Source: an uncultured Ignavibacteria bacterium
GTDB lineage: Bacteria > Zixibacteria > MSB-5A5 > CAIYYT01
Reading direction: 5' to 3'
Assembly (NCBI GenBank): GCA_964592145.1
Contig: CAZQBX010000003.1
Span: 78,137-142,136, forward strand
Length of the DNA: 64,000 nt
Below, piece by piece: positions 9,501 through 17,760 of this stretch. Position 1 is the stretch's first letter. Every line of letters begins with the position of its first letter. Position numbers and translations under genes: made by a program. Under the pieces are notes generated by a model, which had not been told where the DNA came from, ran no database searches, and saw nothing but the letters and a program-made list of their open reading frames with translations.

Positions 9501-10156
9501 AGCGGATGATTTTCGCCGTAGACCATCCTTGCCAGCTGCAGCATCAGGTCACCCCAGGGACTTTCAAAGGAACGGACCATCTCGTTGTAAACGGTGCCCT
9601 TCTCTTCAAGCCCGATGACACCGGAAGCCTGGTCGATAGTCAAACCAACGTGGCAGACTTCACGGCGGATTTCTTCATCAGAATAGTTGGGATGAACCAG
9701 CGCGTCGAGTTTCGTTTCGAATAGTTTGAAGAAATTCTCGGTACCGGAACCGCAGTTGAAATGGTAACAGGTCTGGAGTTGCATTGTGAAAGCCGAGCTC
9801 TCGCCGAGCAGCATGTCTTCCATGGATGCGACATAACGACCCTTGGTGCCCTTCCCCAACAAGAGATGTTCGCAGGTATGCGGTTCACCCTGATCGGACG
9901 GCGGGAGGGTATTGAACCACATAAAGGCCTGTGGGAGGGACTGAATCGTGAAGAGATCGGCGACAAATCCGGAGGGAATATGGCGAAAGCGCGCGCCGAT
10001 TGCGGTTCTCGCCTCGTTTTCGTAGATACATTCTGTGCGGAATTGACCGAATTTTTGATCCGGTTTGAGATCGCTGTAGCCAGCGGCAAATGCAGCACTG
10101 GAGAGCAGCAGTATCGTTGCTGTCAATAAAATGGCGGTTAGTTTCCTGTTGTACAT
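6575..10156 (-). CDS. Secreted M16-family (pitrilysin/insulinase-like) zinc metallopeptidase, very large (1193 aa)
   Basis: Signal peptide (MYNRKLTAILLTATILLLSSAAFA); inverted zinc motif HxxEH (HTCEHLLLG) near the N-terminus. Confidence 0.7.
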   Translation of the reverse strand: MYNRKLTAILLTATILLLSSAAFAAGYSDLKPDQKFGQFRTECIYENEARTAIGARFRHIPSGFVADLFTIQSLPQAFMWFNTLPPSDQGEPHTCEHLLLGKGTKGRYVASMEDMLLGESSAFTMQLQTCYHFNCGSGTENFFKLFETKLDALVHPNYSDEEIRREVCHVGLTIDQASGVIGLEEKGTVYNEMVRSFESPWGDLMLQLARMVYGENHPLSYESGGYPPAIRTMTPADLRRFQEGSYHLNNMGAIISIADDISISTCLERLSQILSRIEPDAVMIDDPASLNDRVPAPAAAEPGTIKLVDFPAQLPSDPGLLVYSWPAQFNLGNNDRYLLELLVQNLSGDQTSRLHNRLIDSQTRQIDVGAAGIGSWVSNEKGNPIHIYFDEIKRESCTPKMIDSIRKVILDEIGKIAALPDGSSELQEFNRRALERVTSRERATRTFLNSPPRFGERSSGAQWMTNTQRLHKTGGFRRSLAFADEIAFARQQLGNSKNIWRDYIAAWRLIETPPYAVAAVANPELIGRQEAERQARLDAYIANLKTIYSVSSEDEAIQQFKAEYDAQTAELDSVAATIQMPGFVENPPMTLDDPLKYAVDTIAGKVQVVASKFENITNATVGLAFNLDVVPENELIYISALPTVLTDIGVISDSGKLTFDQMQSRLRSEISGLSAYTSVNYRTQRAELVVRTSGSTQAEGLAALDWLDDVLFDAYLEPENLPRIRDAIDYTLSGLRSTMRGSEESWVEGPADAYWRQDVPLLLATDCFMTKAFNLYRIKWMLKDAGDPNKPDSFVKFMESLAAKGAGLDRKQLSELLATISGDQKFAWSSAIVVELTAKHLIADPRNAGLIQEVARDMQRVLSDIPDASLATDWQFLCWQTARDASMDDNTALAQIRGVLEKLRHTDNVRAFMISSSATKDALMPRLAGIIGKLDPKPSVRQQYSTEPLVTNRLRERASDTGTPVYVGLVNENTRSGVFVNTADCARFAEHTPDGLIDFLAARLYGGGGAHSMFMKTWGAGLAYSNGLRSRESTGRIVYYAERCPDLAQTMQFVVGELKRAPHDPALGEYTIAQAFNANRAAMTYEVRGEAIARDLADNIPAQSVAKFRQGILELRKQPDFYDRVQGRMEAVYGLLLPDYGPSGLESVTKYNAVNFVVGPEKQFESYERYLQSVEPGARLYRLYPRDFWMVSK

Positions 10157-10359
10157 GAGTATTCCTCTATGAAGCCGCGACCATACTGAATCTGCGGGAT
10201 CGTGATACTAGTTCGTTGTCAATGTTGCGCCAAGATAACAGTCGAAGGATGATTCGACAACGGGATTTGTGCGAGTGCGGGACTTGCGGCAGCCCCGGGA
10301 TAGAGACGCCAAGCTAAGTGTTGACGAGAAGGATTTGTTTCCTCATACTTGCAGAGGCT

Positions 10360-10884
10360 ATGTCAACGATCGCTGAAGGTAAAGTCAGGATTCGTCCGCT
10401 AACGGAAGCGGATTCACTTGAGGAGCTCACTGATTTATTGCATCGGGCTTATCGAGTACTTGCCGACATGGGACTGCGGTTTCTCGCGACACATCAGGAT
10501 GTGGCAACCACTCGAAGTCGAGTCTCCTCAGGGCATTGCTTCGTTGCTGAACTCGACGGCAAGGTAGTCGGAACGATCTGTTATTATGAGCCGAGCCGCA
10601 AGACAGGCTGCGACTACTACAAGAAGAAGGGCGTAGCGCATGTCGGTCAATTGGCGGTTGAGCCGCTGCAGCAACGACTGCGGATTGCAACGAAGTTGAT
10701 GAAGCACGCGGAGGACTTTGCGCGCACGCGCGGAATGCGCGAGCTGGCGTTGGATACTGCGGAACCTGCCCTCCATCTAATCGAATGGTATGCCCGAATC
10801 GGATACCGGATCGTTGGGCACCAGCAGTGGGAAGTTACCAACTATCGCAGCGTGGTCATGAGTAAGGTGTTGCGGGACAGCTAA
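10360..10884 (+). CDS. GNAT-family N-acetyltransferase
   Basis: Acetyl-CoA binding motif region (VGQLAVEPLQQRLRIATKLMKHAEDFARTRG); start moved to ATG 10360 with AGAGG RBS. Confidence 0.7.
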   Translation: MSTIAEGKVRIRPLTEADSLEELTDLLHRAYRVLADMGLRFLATHQDVATTRSRVSSGHCFVAELDGKVVGTICYYEPSRKTGCDYYKKKGVAHVGQLAVEPLQQRLRIATKLMKHAEDFARTRGMRELALDTAEPALHLIEWYARIGYRIVGHQQWEVTNYRSVVMSKVLRDS

Positions 10885-10951
10885 TAAACGAGAACTCTAC
10901 TGCGGCGGCTGGGGACTAATAATATTAGCCTGACAGAGAAATTGCTTGGCT

Positions 10952-10963
10952 ATTTGGCCAAAT
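10952..10963. promoter_or_regulatory. Perfect 12-bp palindrome ATTTGGCCAAAT, operator candidate for the downstream ArsR/SmtB-family regulator
   Basis: Seen directly; shares the ATTTGG half-site with the palindrome at 11329-11352. Confidence 0.35.
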
Positions 10964-10992
10964 CACCGATATTAGGTTTGGAAGGAAAGGCG

Positions 10993-11313
10993 ATGGATAA
11001 GAAATCACAGGCACTATTCGAAGCACGCGCCAGGGTCATCAAAGCGATGGCGCATCCGACGCGATTGTTCATAGTCGACCAATTGTCAAAAGGTGAACGC
11101 TGTGTCTGCGAACTCACGGATATGATCGGGGCGGACACGTCGACGGTATCGAAGCACTTGTCGATTCTCAAGAATGCAGGAATCGTCTCTATGGAAAAGC
11201 GCGGATCGCAGGTGTTTTATCAGTTGCGGGTTCCCTGCATACTCAATTTCTTCGGGTGCGTTGAAGGTGTGTTGAAATCATCCGCGCGCGATCAGTTGCT
11301 GCTGGTGAAGTAG
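10993..11313 (+). CDS. ArsR/SmtB-family metalloregulatory transcriptional repressor
   Basis: HTH signature (HPTRLFIVDQLSKGERCVCELTDMIGADTSTVSKHLSILKNAGIV); ELCVCEL-type metal-site cysteines; start at ATG 10993 with GGAAAGG RBS. Confidence 0.75.
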   Translation: MDKKSQALFEARARVIKAMAHPTRLFIVDQLSKGERCVCELTDMIGADTSTVSKHLSILKNAGIVSMEKRGSQVFYQLRVPCILNFFGCVEGVLKSSARDQLLLVK

Positions 11314-11328
11314 TATTTTTTTGTGAAA

Positions 11329-11352
11329 TCATTTGGCGATTTGACCAAATGA
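11329..11352. promoter_or_regulatory. Inverted repeat TCATTTGG-N8-CCAAATGA, operator candidate between the arsR-family gene and the permease gene
   Basis: Perfect 8-bp arms seen directly; same ATTTGG half-site as the 10952 palindrome. Confidence 0.35.
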
Positions 11353-11383
11353 CGGACAAAGAGGATTCAGTTAGGCGATTATT

Positions 11384-12691
11384 ATGACTGTGACCTGGAA
11401 AGCGGAGTGGAAGGTGCTGGCGCTGATCGCGGCGGTATTCTTGGCGTTCTACTTTCTTCCGGTCGATGCACCGCGAGTGGGAAAATCACTTCAGGAGGCG
11501 CTGGCGCTGACCCAGTGGTATGCGCGGGAGCATGTGCTGCTCTGCCTGATACCGGCTTTCTTCATTGCCGGGGCGATCGGTACATTCGTGCGCCAGGAGT
11601 CGGTCATGAGGTATCTTGGCGCTAAAGCCAACAAGATGCTGGCGTATGGAGTGGCTTCAGTATCCGGAACAATTCTGGCCGTCTGCTCCTGCACGGTTCT
11701 CCCGCTATTCGCAGGAATCTACCGTATGGGTGCGGGGATCGGGCCGGCCTCGGCATTCTTGTATTCCGGGCCGGCGATCAACGTGCTGGCGATTATCCTG
11801 ACCGCGAGAATTCTCGGATTGGAGCTTGGAATTGCCCGGGCAGTCGGTGCGGTGGTGTTCAGCATCCTGATTGGACTGGCAATGCATTTCATTTTCCGCA
11901 AAGATGAAGCAGCCCGCAGTCAGATACAGATGCAATTGTCGGAATCGCAGGCGAGTCGGCCGCTGTGGCAGACGGCGACATTCTTTGCCCTACAGATTCT
12001 GATATTGATATTTGCGACTTGGAGCGCGCCGCAGGAAGGCGTTGGATTCTTTGCAGCGGTCTATTCAGTCAAGTGGAAGTTGACTGGAGTGGCAGCGATT
12101 GGACTCGGAGTTGTATTAGTGCGTTGGATGCAGGTTGCTCTCTGGAAAGTTGTTGCGGGAGGAGCAGTAGTATTGGCGGTATCGTTGATCTTCCGCGAGC
12201 ATCCCTTATTTGCGTTTGTGTCCGGGGTGTTAGTGATCTCGATATTGACAGCGATGGATAAAGGCGAGGGCGGCGAGTGGTTTGCACAGACGTGGGGATT
12301 CGCCAAACAGATTCTGCCACTGTTGTTTTTCGGTGTGCTGGCGGCAGGATTTCTGCTCGGTCGTCCTGGTGAAGAGGCGTTGATCCCGCCGGAATGGATT
12401 AGCTCGGCGGTGGGCGGTAATTCGGTGTGGGCAAACTTGTTTGCGTCGGTGGCAGGCGCATTCATGTACTTCGCAACCTTGACCGAGGTACCGATTTTGC
12501 AGGGACTGATTGGGTCAGGCATGGGTAAGGGGCCGGCGTTATCACTCCTGCTGGCGGGACCGGCTTTGTCATTGCCGAGTATGCTTGTACTTAACGGGAT
12601 CATGGGAGCGAAGAAGACTGTCGTTTATGTGCTGCTCGTCGTAGTGATGTCGACTGTGACGGGATTGTTGTTTGGATTGGTTTATGGATAG
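11384..12691 (+). CDS. Putative permease of the DUF318/ArsP-like family (two-domain, 10-12 TM)
   Basis: Hydrophobic throughout; conserved CSC-x-LP motif (GTILAVCSCTVLPLF) as in ArsP-type organoarsenical permeases; classical ArsR-permease-thioredoxin gene order. Confidence 0.65.
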   Translation: MTVTWKAEWKVLALIAAVFLAFYFLPVDAPRVGKSLQEALALTQWYAREHVLLCLIPAFFIAGAIGTFVRQESVMRYLGAKANKMLAYGVASVSGTILAVCSCTVLPLFAGIYRMGAGIGPASAFLYSGPAINVLAIILTARILGLELGIARAVGAVVFSILIGLAMHFIFRKDEAARSQIQMQLSESQASRPLWQTATFFALQILILIFATWSAPQEGVGFFAAVYSVKWKLTGVAAIGLGVVLVRWMQVALWKVVAGGAVVLAVSLIFREHPLFAFVSGVLVISILTAMDKGEGGEWFAQTWGFAKQILPLLFFGVLAAGFLLGRPGEEALIPPEWISSAVGGNSVWANLFASVAGAFMYFATLTEVPILQGLIGSGMGKGPALSLLLAGPALSLPSMLVLNGIMGAKKTVVYVLLVVVMSTVTGLLFGLVYG

Positions 12692-12700
12692 GAGGAAGAT

Positions 12701-12934
12701 ATGAAGTTAGTTCAAGTGCTCGGAACAGGTTGTCCCAAGTGCAAGAAACTTGAGGAAATGACCAGACAGGCTGCGAAAGAAGCCCATGTCGAGTGCGAGG
12801 TGCTGAAGGTCACTGATATCAACGCTATCGTCAACATGGGCGTGATGGTGACTCCTGCCCTGGCGGTCGATGGTGTGGTCAAGGTTTCTGGGCGCGTTCC
12901 GTCAGTTGACGAAATCAAGGCAATGATTCAGTAG
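12701..12934 (+). CDS. Small thioredoxin-fold protein (redox-active disulfide protein 2 type)
   Basis: 77 aa; CxxC (GTGCPKCKK) near the N-terminus; strong RBS AGGAGGAAG; follows the DUF318 permease as in known operons. Confidence 0.7.
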   Translation: MKLVQVLGTGCPKCKKLEEMTRQAAKEAHVECEVLKVTDINAIVNMGVMVTPALAVDGVVKVSGRVPSVDEIKAMIQ

Positions 12935-12961
12935 CGGAAGTACAAGCGAGGAGATCAGGAG

Positions 12962-13429
12962 ATGAGCATTAAGTCGATCATAACAGTAGCACTGTTGATT
13001 TTTGTCGCGGTGAGTTTGACCGTGGTTGTGATGCGCAGCACCTCGGCACCCGCAGTCGGAACGTCGCAGGGTTCTGAGATTGCCGCTGACGGCGACAAGA
13101 TCGTTGCCTACTATTTCCACCGTACGCAGCGCTGCCCGACCTGCAACCGAATTGAAGCGTTAACGCATGAGATCATCCATCAGAACTTCGCGGAAGAGTT
13201 GTCGTCAGGCAAACTTGAGCTGCGCGTCGTCAACGTGGAAAGTCCCGGCAACGAGCATTTTGAAACTGATTTCAATCTTGTTTCACAATCGATCATTCTT
13301 GTAGACTTCAAGACCGGCAAACAGATGAAGTGGAAGAATCTCGATCAGATTTGGGAGTTGATCGGGACCGAAACAGAATTTCGTATTTATGTTGAGTCGG
13401 AAATTCGCGGTTTTATGGGAGCTTCGTAA
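12962..13429 (+). CDS. Membrane-anchored thioredoxin-fold protein (CPTC motif)
   Basis: N-terminal TM helix; CxxC (RCPTCNRIE); function is inferred only. Confidence 0.4.
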   Translation: MSIKSIITVALLIFVAVSLTVVVMRSTSAPAVGTSQGSEIAADGDKIVAYYFHRTQRCPTCNRIEALTHEIIHQNFAEELSSGKLELRVVNVESPGNEHFETDFNLVSQSIILVDFKTGKQMKWKNLDQIWELIGTETEFRIYVESEIRGFMGAS

Positions 13430-14124
13430 TGGACGGAATCTTTGTGGCCATGTCGACAGCGCTGTGGCTGGGGATTCTGACATCGATTAGCCCTTGCCCG
13501 CTGGCGACCAATATTGCCGCAGTGTCGTTTATTGGAAGGCGATTGGACCGACCTTCGCTGGTGGTGGCTTCGGGTGCGCTTTATACGCTTGGACGGACCA
13601 TTGCCTACGTCAGTCTCGGGGCAATCATCGTCGGTGGCGCCTTATCTGTTCCGGAGCTTTCACGATTTCTGCAGAAGTACATGAATCAGATTCTCGGGCC
13701 CCTGCTGATAATTGCCGGGATGTTTCTACTAAACTTGATCAGCTTCACGAACTCCGGATCAGCGGCGGGAGAACGTCTGCAGCAACGAATCGGCGCGATG
13801 GGAATCTGGGGCGCCGTACCGCTGGGAATGCTTTTTGCCTTGTCATTCTGTCCGATCTCGGCGGCGCTCTTCTTTGGTAGTCTCATTCCTCTATCTATCG
13901 AACGGGAATCTGCGGTGCTGTTGCCGTTGGGCTATGGAATTGGAACGGCGCTTCCGGTGATGGCGCTCGGCGTAGTGCTCGGCGTTAGTGCGCGTTCCAT
14001 CGGCGGATTGTTTAAGCAACTAACGCGGATTGAAAAGTGGGCGCGGCTGATTACAGGAATTACATTCCTGCTTGTGGGGCTTTATTTGAGTCTGGCTTAC
14101 ATTTTCCGAGTTACTTTTTTCTAA
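13429..14124 (+). CDS. CcdA/DsbD-transmembrane-domain-like thiol-disulfide transporter
   Basis: 6 TM; conserved Cys-Pro in TM1 (ISPCPLATN) and Cys in TM4 (FCPISAALFF), typical of the DsbD_2/CcdA family; start overlaps the upstream stop (TAATGG). Confidence 0.6.
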   Translation: MDGIFVAMSTALWLGILTSISPCPLATNIAAVSFIGRRLDRPSLVVASGALYTLGRTIAYVSLGAIIVGGALSVPELSRFLQKYMNQILGPLLIIAGMFLLNLISFTNSGSAAGERLQQRIGAMGIWGAVPLGMLFALSFCPISAALFFGSLIPLSIERESAVLLPLGYGIGTALPVMALGVVLGVSARSIGGLFKQLTRIEKWARLITGITFLLVGLYLSLAYIFRVTFF

Positions 14125-14175
14125 AAACAATTGACAGCATGAAACCCACTGCTATATTTCGCCATATAACGAATT

Positions 14176-14550
14176 ATGAGCGATGAATTTAACAATTTGA
14201 CGGAGATTGCCCAGGCGCTTTCGGATAGCGGCCGGGTACGAGCATTGATGTCGCTGCGCAAGCAAGAGCTTTGCGTGTGCCAGTTAATTGACCTGCTGGA
14301 TTTGGCGCCGTCGACAGTATCGAAGCATATGGCAATACTGAAGCAGGCTGGTTTGGTTGAGACCCGCAAAGAGGGGCGTTGGGTGTATTATCGACTAAGC
14401 GAGCCTGAGAAGGGATCAGCGGCGGCACAGGCACAACAGTGGGTTCAAGAAGCACTGTCACGCTCCCCGCAAATTCGTGAAGACGACCGTCGGTTGCGCG
14501 AAATACTCGCGACCGAGCTTGAGGTGATCTGCTGCAGGATAAGGTCTTGA
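14176..14550 (+). CDS. arsR: ArsR-family arsenic-responsive repressor
   Basis: ELCVCQLIDLLDLAPSTVSKHMAILKQAGLV HTH with CVC metalloid site; first gene of the arsR-arsC-acr3 operon. Confidence 0.8.
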   Translation: MSDEFNNLTEIAQALSDSGRVRALMSLRKQELCVCQLIDLLDLAPSTVSKHMAILKQAGLVETRKEGRWVYYRLSEPEKGSAAAQAQQWVQEALSRSPQIREDDRRLREILATELEVICCRIRS

Positions 14551-14978
14551 AATTGAAAGTCCTGTTTTTGTGTACCGGTAATTCGTGCCGATCTCAAATG
14601 GCTGAAGGCTGGGCGCGGCAGCTTAAGGGCGCCACCATTGAGGCATATTCAGCCGGAACAAAGGCACAGGGTCTGAATCCGCTTGCAGTCAAAGTAATGG
14701 CGGAAGCGGGCGTAGATATTTCCGGACATCGTTCCAAGCACGTGGCGGAACTGATGCATGTCGACTTCGATTATGTGGTTACAGTCTGCGATCACGCTCA
14801 GGAAGCGTGTCCCATATTTCCCGGCAAAGCAAAGGTCATTCATCGCGGTTTCGATGACCCGCCGCGCCTGGCTGAAGGTGCGAAGTCGGAGGAAGAAGCA
14901 TTGAGACACTACCGCCGCGTCCGCGATGAGATTCGCGATTACATCCTCACTGTTCCGGAGGCGCTCCTTGCCCGTTGA
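14547..14978 (+). CDS. arsC: Arsenate reductase, LMW-PTP/thioredoxin-coupled type
   Basis: P-loop [14 protein letters not shown] at the N-terminus plus downstream Cys residues; 143 aa; 4-nt overlap with arsR. Confidence 0.8.
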   Translation: MKLKVLFLCTGNSCRSQMAEGWARQLKGATIEAYSAGTKAQGLNPLAVKVMAEAGVDISGHRSKHVAELMHVDFDYVVTVCDHAQEACPIFPGKAKVIHRGFDDPPRLAEGAKSEEEALRHYRRVRDEIRDYILTVPEALLAR

Positions 14979-16041
14979 ATGCAATCCGACCAAGCGGCTC
15001 GGTTTTGTCGATCGATATCTGACGCTGTGGATATTCCTGGCGATGGGGGTCGGTGTGGGGATTGGCCACTTCTATCCCGGCGTTGAAGGGTTCATTAATC
15101 AATTCCAGAACGGCACTACGAACATTCCAATCGCGATCGGGCTGATTCTGATGATGTATCCGCCGTTGGCCAAGGTGCGTTACGAAGAACTGGGCAAGGT
15201 ATTTCGCAATTGGCGCATTCTCGGTCTCTCGCTTCTGCAAAATTGGGTCATCGGTCCGATATTGATGTTCGCTTTGGCGATCGTATTTCTGGCCGGATAT
15301 CCCGAGTACATGACCGGTTTGATCATGATCGGTCTGGCTCGCTGTATAGCCATGGTAATCGTTTGGAATGAATTAGCTGACGGCGATACTGATTATGCGG
15401 CAGGATTGGTGGCGTTCAACTCGATTTTCCAGATTCTCTTCTATAGTGTTTATGCATGGATATTCATCACCGTTCTGCCCGGCTGGTTCGGATTACAGGG
15501 CAGTGTCGTGGAAGTTTCGATGGGACAGATTGCCGAGAGTGTCATGATCTATCTCGGAATTCCATTCTTCGCAGGCATGATTACGCGATTTGTATTGGTC
15601 AGAGCCAGAGGCAAGGAATGGTATCACAGAGTTTTCATTCCGAAGATCAGTCCAATCACGCTGGTTGCACTGCTGTTTACAATCCTGGTGATGTTCAGCC
15701 TCAAGGGAAACATGATCGTTCAGATTCCGCTGGACGTGGTGCGAATTGCCATTCCATTGTTGATCTACTTCGTCGTGATGTTCCTGGTCAGTTTCTATAT
15801 GGGCAGGCGCGTCGGAGCCGACTATTCCCGGACGGCGACGTTGTCATTCACGGCAGCCAGCAACAATTTCGAGTTGGCGATTGCCGTGGCGGTGGCGGTG
15901 TTCGGCGTCAATCATGGCGCCGCCTTTGCGGCAGTAATCGGTCCCCTGGTTGAAGTGCCAACTTTGATTGGACTGGTTAGTGTTGCTTTATATTTCCGTC
16001 GCCGCTTTTTTGCAGTGCCGAAGTCTCTGCAGCCGAGTTAG
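14968..16041 (+). CDS. acr3: Arsenite efflux transporter, ACR3 family
   Basis: [27 protein letters not shown]-terminal signature; about 10 TM. The ORF-track start at 14926 overlaps arsC by 53 nt, so the start was moved to TTG 14968 after a GGAGG RBS. Confidence 0.85.
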   Translation: MPVECNPTKRLGFVDRYLTLWIFLAMGVGVGIGHFYPGVEGFINQFQNGTTNIPIAIGLILMMYPPLAKVRYEELGKVFRNWRILGLSLLQNWVIGPILMFALAIVFLAGYPEYMTGLIMIGLARCIAMVIVWNELADGDTDYAAGLVAFNSIFQILFYSVYAWIFITVLPGWFGLQGSVVEVSMGQIAESVMIYLGIPFFAGMITRFVLVRARGKEWYHRVFIPKISPITLVALLFTILVMFSLKGNMIVQIPLDVVRIAIPLLIYFVVMFLVSFYMGRRVGADYSRTATLSFTAASNNFELAIAVAVAVFGVNHGAAFAAVIGPLVEVPTLIGLVSVALYFRRRFFAVPKSLQPS

Positions 16042-16080
16042 CTCGCTCTCCCCGACTCAAAAGCTCTAGGACAATGAGGT

Positions 16081-17028
16081 TCAATTTTCCGAGTTGTGGC
16101 CACGCAGGCGGCCAAGCTGTTGACGCAATTCGCTAAGATTCTTCACGTGGAATATCCGCAGGCGCATCAATTCACCGGCATAGCTGGCCGATGATTCGCC
16201 GCCGACGATGATATCGATCTTGTCGGTCAGCATCTGTCGGATACGTCTCAACTCCTCGGCAGTGCGCGGGTCGTCAGGTGGGTAGATAATGCTGATACCG
16301 ACGGCGCGGGCCTGACTTTTCTGAACTGCCATAGCAAACTCGCTGGCCGGTGTTTCGACACCGAGATAAACGACCTTCCAGCCTGCAGCGAGTGCGGTTA
16401 CGGTTGCAAGCACACCGCCAAGTTCGTGCACTTGCCCCGGGGGTGTTCCGATTACGATAGCAGGAGCGTTTTGTGCCACACGATAACCGGATGCAAGCGT
16501 GCCAAGGAAGTTTCGGACCATGGCAGACGCAAGGTGCTCATGTGCGACCCGTAGCCGACCTTCTTCCCAGTGATCGCCCACTTGGCGCATGAGAGGGACG
16601 ATCACTTCCTCAAGCAGAACGGGCTGGGTAAAAGCCACTGATGCTTTCCGAAAACAAAGGTCGAGTCTTTCACCGTCAAGCTGCTCAATTGCAGTGAGAC
16701 ATTCTTGAATATGGAAGTTTATCACTGTAGGAGATTCGTTACCGCTCTTGAGGCTCGCTCTTCCAGCCGAGTTGGTATCGGCAGAAATCAACTTCTGGAG
16801 CTCTTCGTCAGGCAGTGTGGCAATTTGTCCAATATTATGGCCGGTTTCAGTCGCGCGTTTGAGCAGAATCAATCTCTCAATGTCAACGTCGCTGTAAAGC
16901 CGACGATTTGTCGCGCTGCGCTGCGGTTCGAGTGCGTTGTAGCGTTTTTCCCAAGCACGAATCACATGAGTGGAAAGCCCGGTCCGCCGGGCAACTGCCT
17001 TGATCGGGTGTTTTCCTGTAGTCTCCAT
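16081..17028 (-). CDS. MerR-family regulator with C-terminal cobalamin (B12)-binding domain (CarH/LitR-like light- or B12-responsive regulator)
   Basis: N-terminal MerR HTH (IKAVARRTGLSTHVIRAWEKRYNALEPQRSATNRRLY). C-terminal Rossmann-like region with GxxHxxG-type motif (PPGQVHELGG) and SII...VGG, as in B12-binding domains. Confidence 0.6.
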   Translation of the reverse strand: METTGKHPIKAVARRTGLSTHVIRAWEKRYNALEPQRSATNRRLYSDVDIERLILLKRATETGHNIGQIATLPDEELQKLISADTNSAGRASLKSGNESPTVINFHIQECLTAIEQLDGERLDLCFRKASVAFTQPVLLEEVIVPLMRQVGDHWEEGRLRVAHEHLASAMVRNFLGTLASGYRVAQNAPAIVIGTPPGQVHELGGVLATVTALAAGWKVVYLGVETPASEFAMAVQKSQARAVGISIIYPPDDPRTAEELRRIRQMLTDKIDIIVGGESSASYAGELMRLRIFHVKNLSELRQQLGRLRGHNSEN

Positions 17029-17081
17029 ATCTACCTAACTACAACCTTGTCTATTAAATGTCAATATTATTTCCATGTTTT

Positions 17082-17112
17082 TTGTCACGACAGAGTCACA
17101 ATTCGCTATGAA
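17082..17112 (+). promoter_or_regulatory. MerR-type promoter candidate: TTGTCA, 19-nt spacer, TATGAA, with imperfect dyad TTGTCAC-N6-GTCACAA over the -35 and spacer
   Basis: The 19-bp spacer is the hallmark of MerR-regulated promoters; lies in the 280-bp AT-rich gap between the MerR-B12 gene (-) and the DUF1772 gene (+). Confidence 0.3.
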
Positions 17113-17307
17113 ATCACTCCACAGCAGGGGGGACGCCTGTCAACGCACGACCATAAACTTATCTTGTTGAATTACATTACATTATGACGCTGGTATGTGC
17201 GTCACGATACTATCACCGAGAGACAAGAAAATCTTAGACAGACAATTGATAGTGATCAACGTCCTGGTTCTAATGTTTAGTATAATGAAGATCGGAAGTG
17301 AGTTCTG

Positions 17308-17760
17308 GTGAACCTGTTAGAGACCATATTAATCGCTAACTTCTTGAGCAGTTTAATGATGACAGGAATAATCTGGTTCGTCCAGATCGTTCACTATCCA
17401 CTCTTTGCAAAGGTCCCTACGAATCTACTTGTCGAGTATGAAAGATCGCATTCGCGTCGAACAGGGGCAGTTGTGGTTCCCCTCATGCTGGTTGAACTTT
17501 TGACAGCAGTTCTGTTATGCCTTCCTATGTTCAACCAAGAGGACTCACCATTGCCTGAGATCGGTGCCGCAATCTTGGCTGTCGTGTGGATGTCTACTTT
17601 TGCGATCCAGCTACCTTTGCACAAAATGCTATCTAAAATTGGTGATTACGTTACTGTGTACAGACTGGTGAATACGAATTGGATTCGCACTCTTGGCTGG
17701 AGTGCCCGCTCGGCGGTTGCTACATTAATGCTGTATTCAAACGGAGGCTTTGTTGGATAG
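17308..17760 (+). CDS. Small integral membrane protein, DUF1772-like (anthrone-oxygenase-like fold)
   Basis: 150 aa, 4 predicted TM; IIWFVQIVHYPLF motif resembles DUF1772; GTG start with GGAAG RBS. Confidence 0.4.
   Translation: MNLLETILIANFLSSLMMTGIIWFVQIVHYPLFAKVPTNLLVEYERSHSRRTGAVVVPLMLVELLTAVLLCLPMFNQEDSPLPEIGAAILAVVWMSTFAIQLPLHKMLSKIGDYVTVYRLVNTNWIRTLGWSARSAVATLMLYSNGGFVG

Noticed and set aside
14125-14175. Possible ArsR operator upstream of the arsR-arsC-acr3 operon (tatatttcgccatataac)
   Set aside because: Only weak, imperfect symmetry is present, and it does not share the ATTTGG half-site seen at the other two palindromes. It is not strong enough to annotate.
14926-14978. ORF-track start of acr3 at 14926, overlapping arsC by 53 nt
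   Set aside because: An in-frame TTG at 14968 preceded by GGAGG gives an N-terminus matching known ACR3 proteins. The long overlap is probably an artefact of ORF extension.
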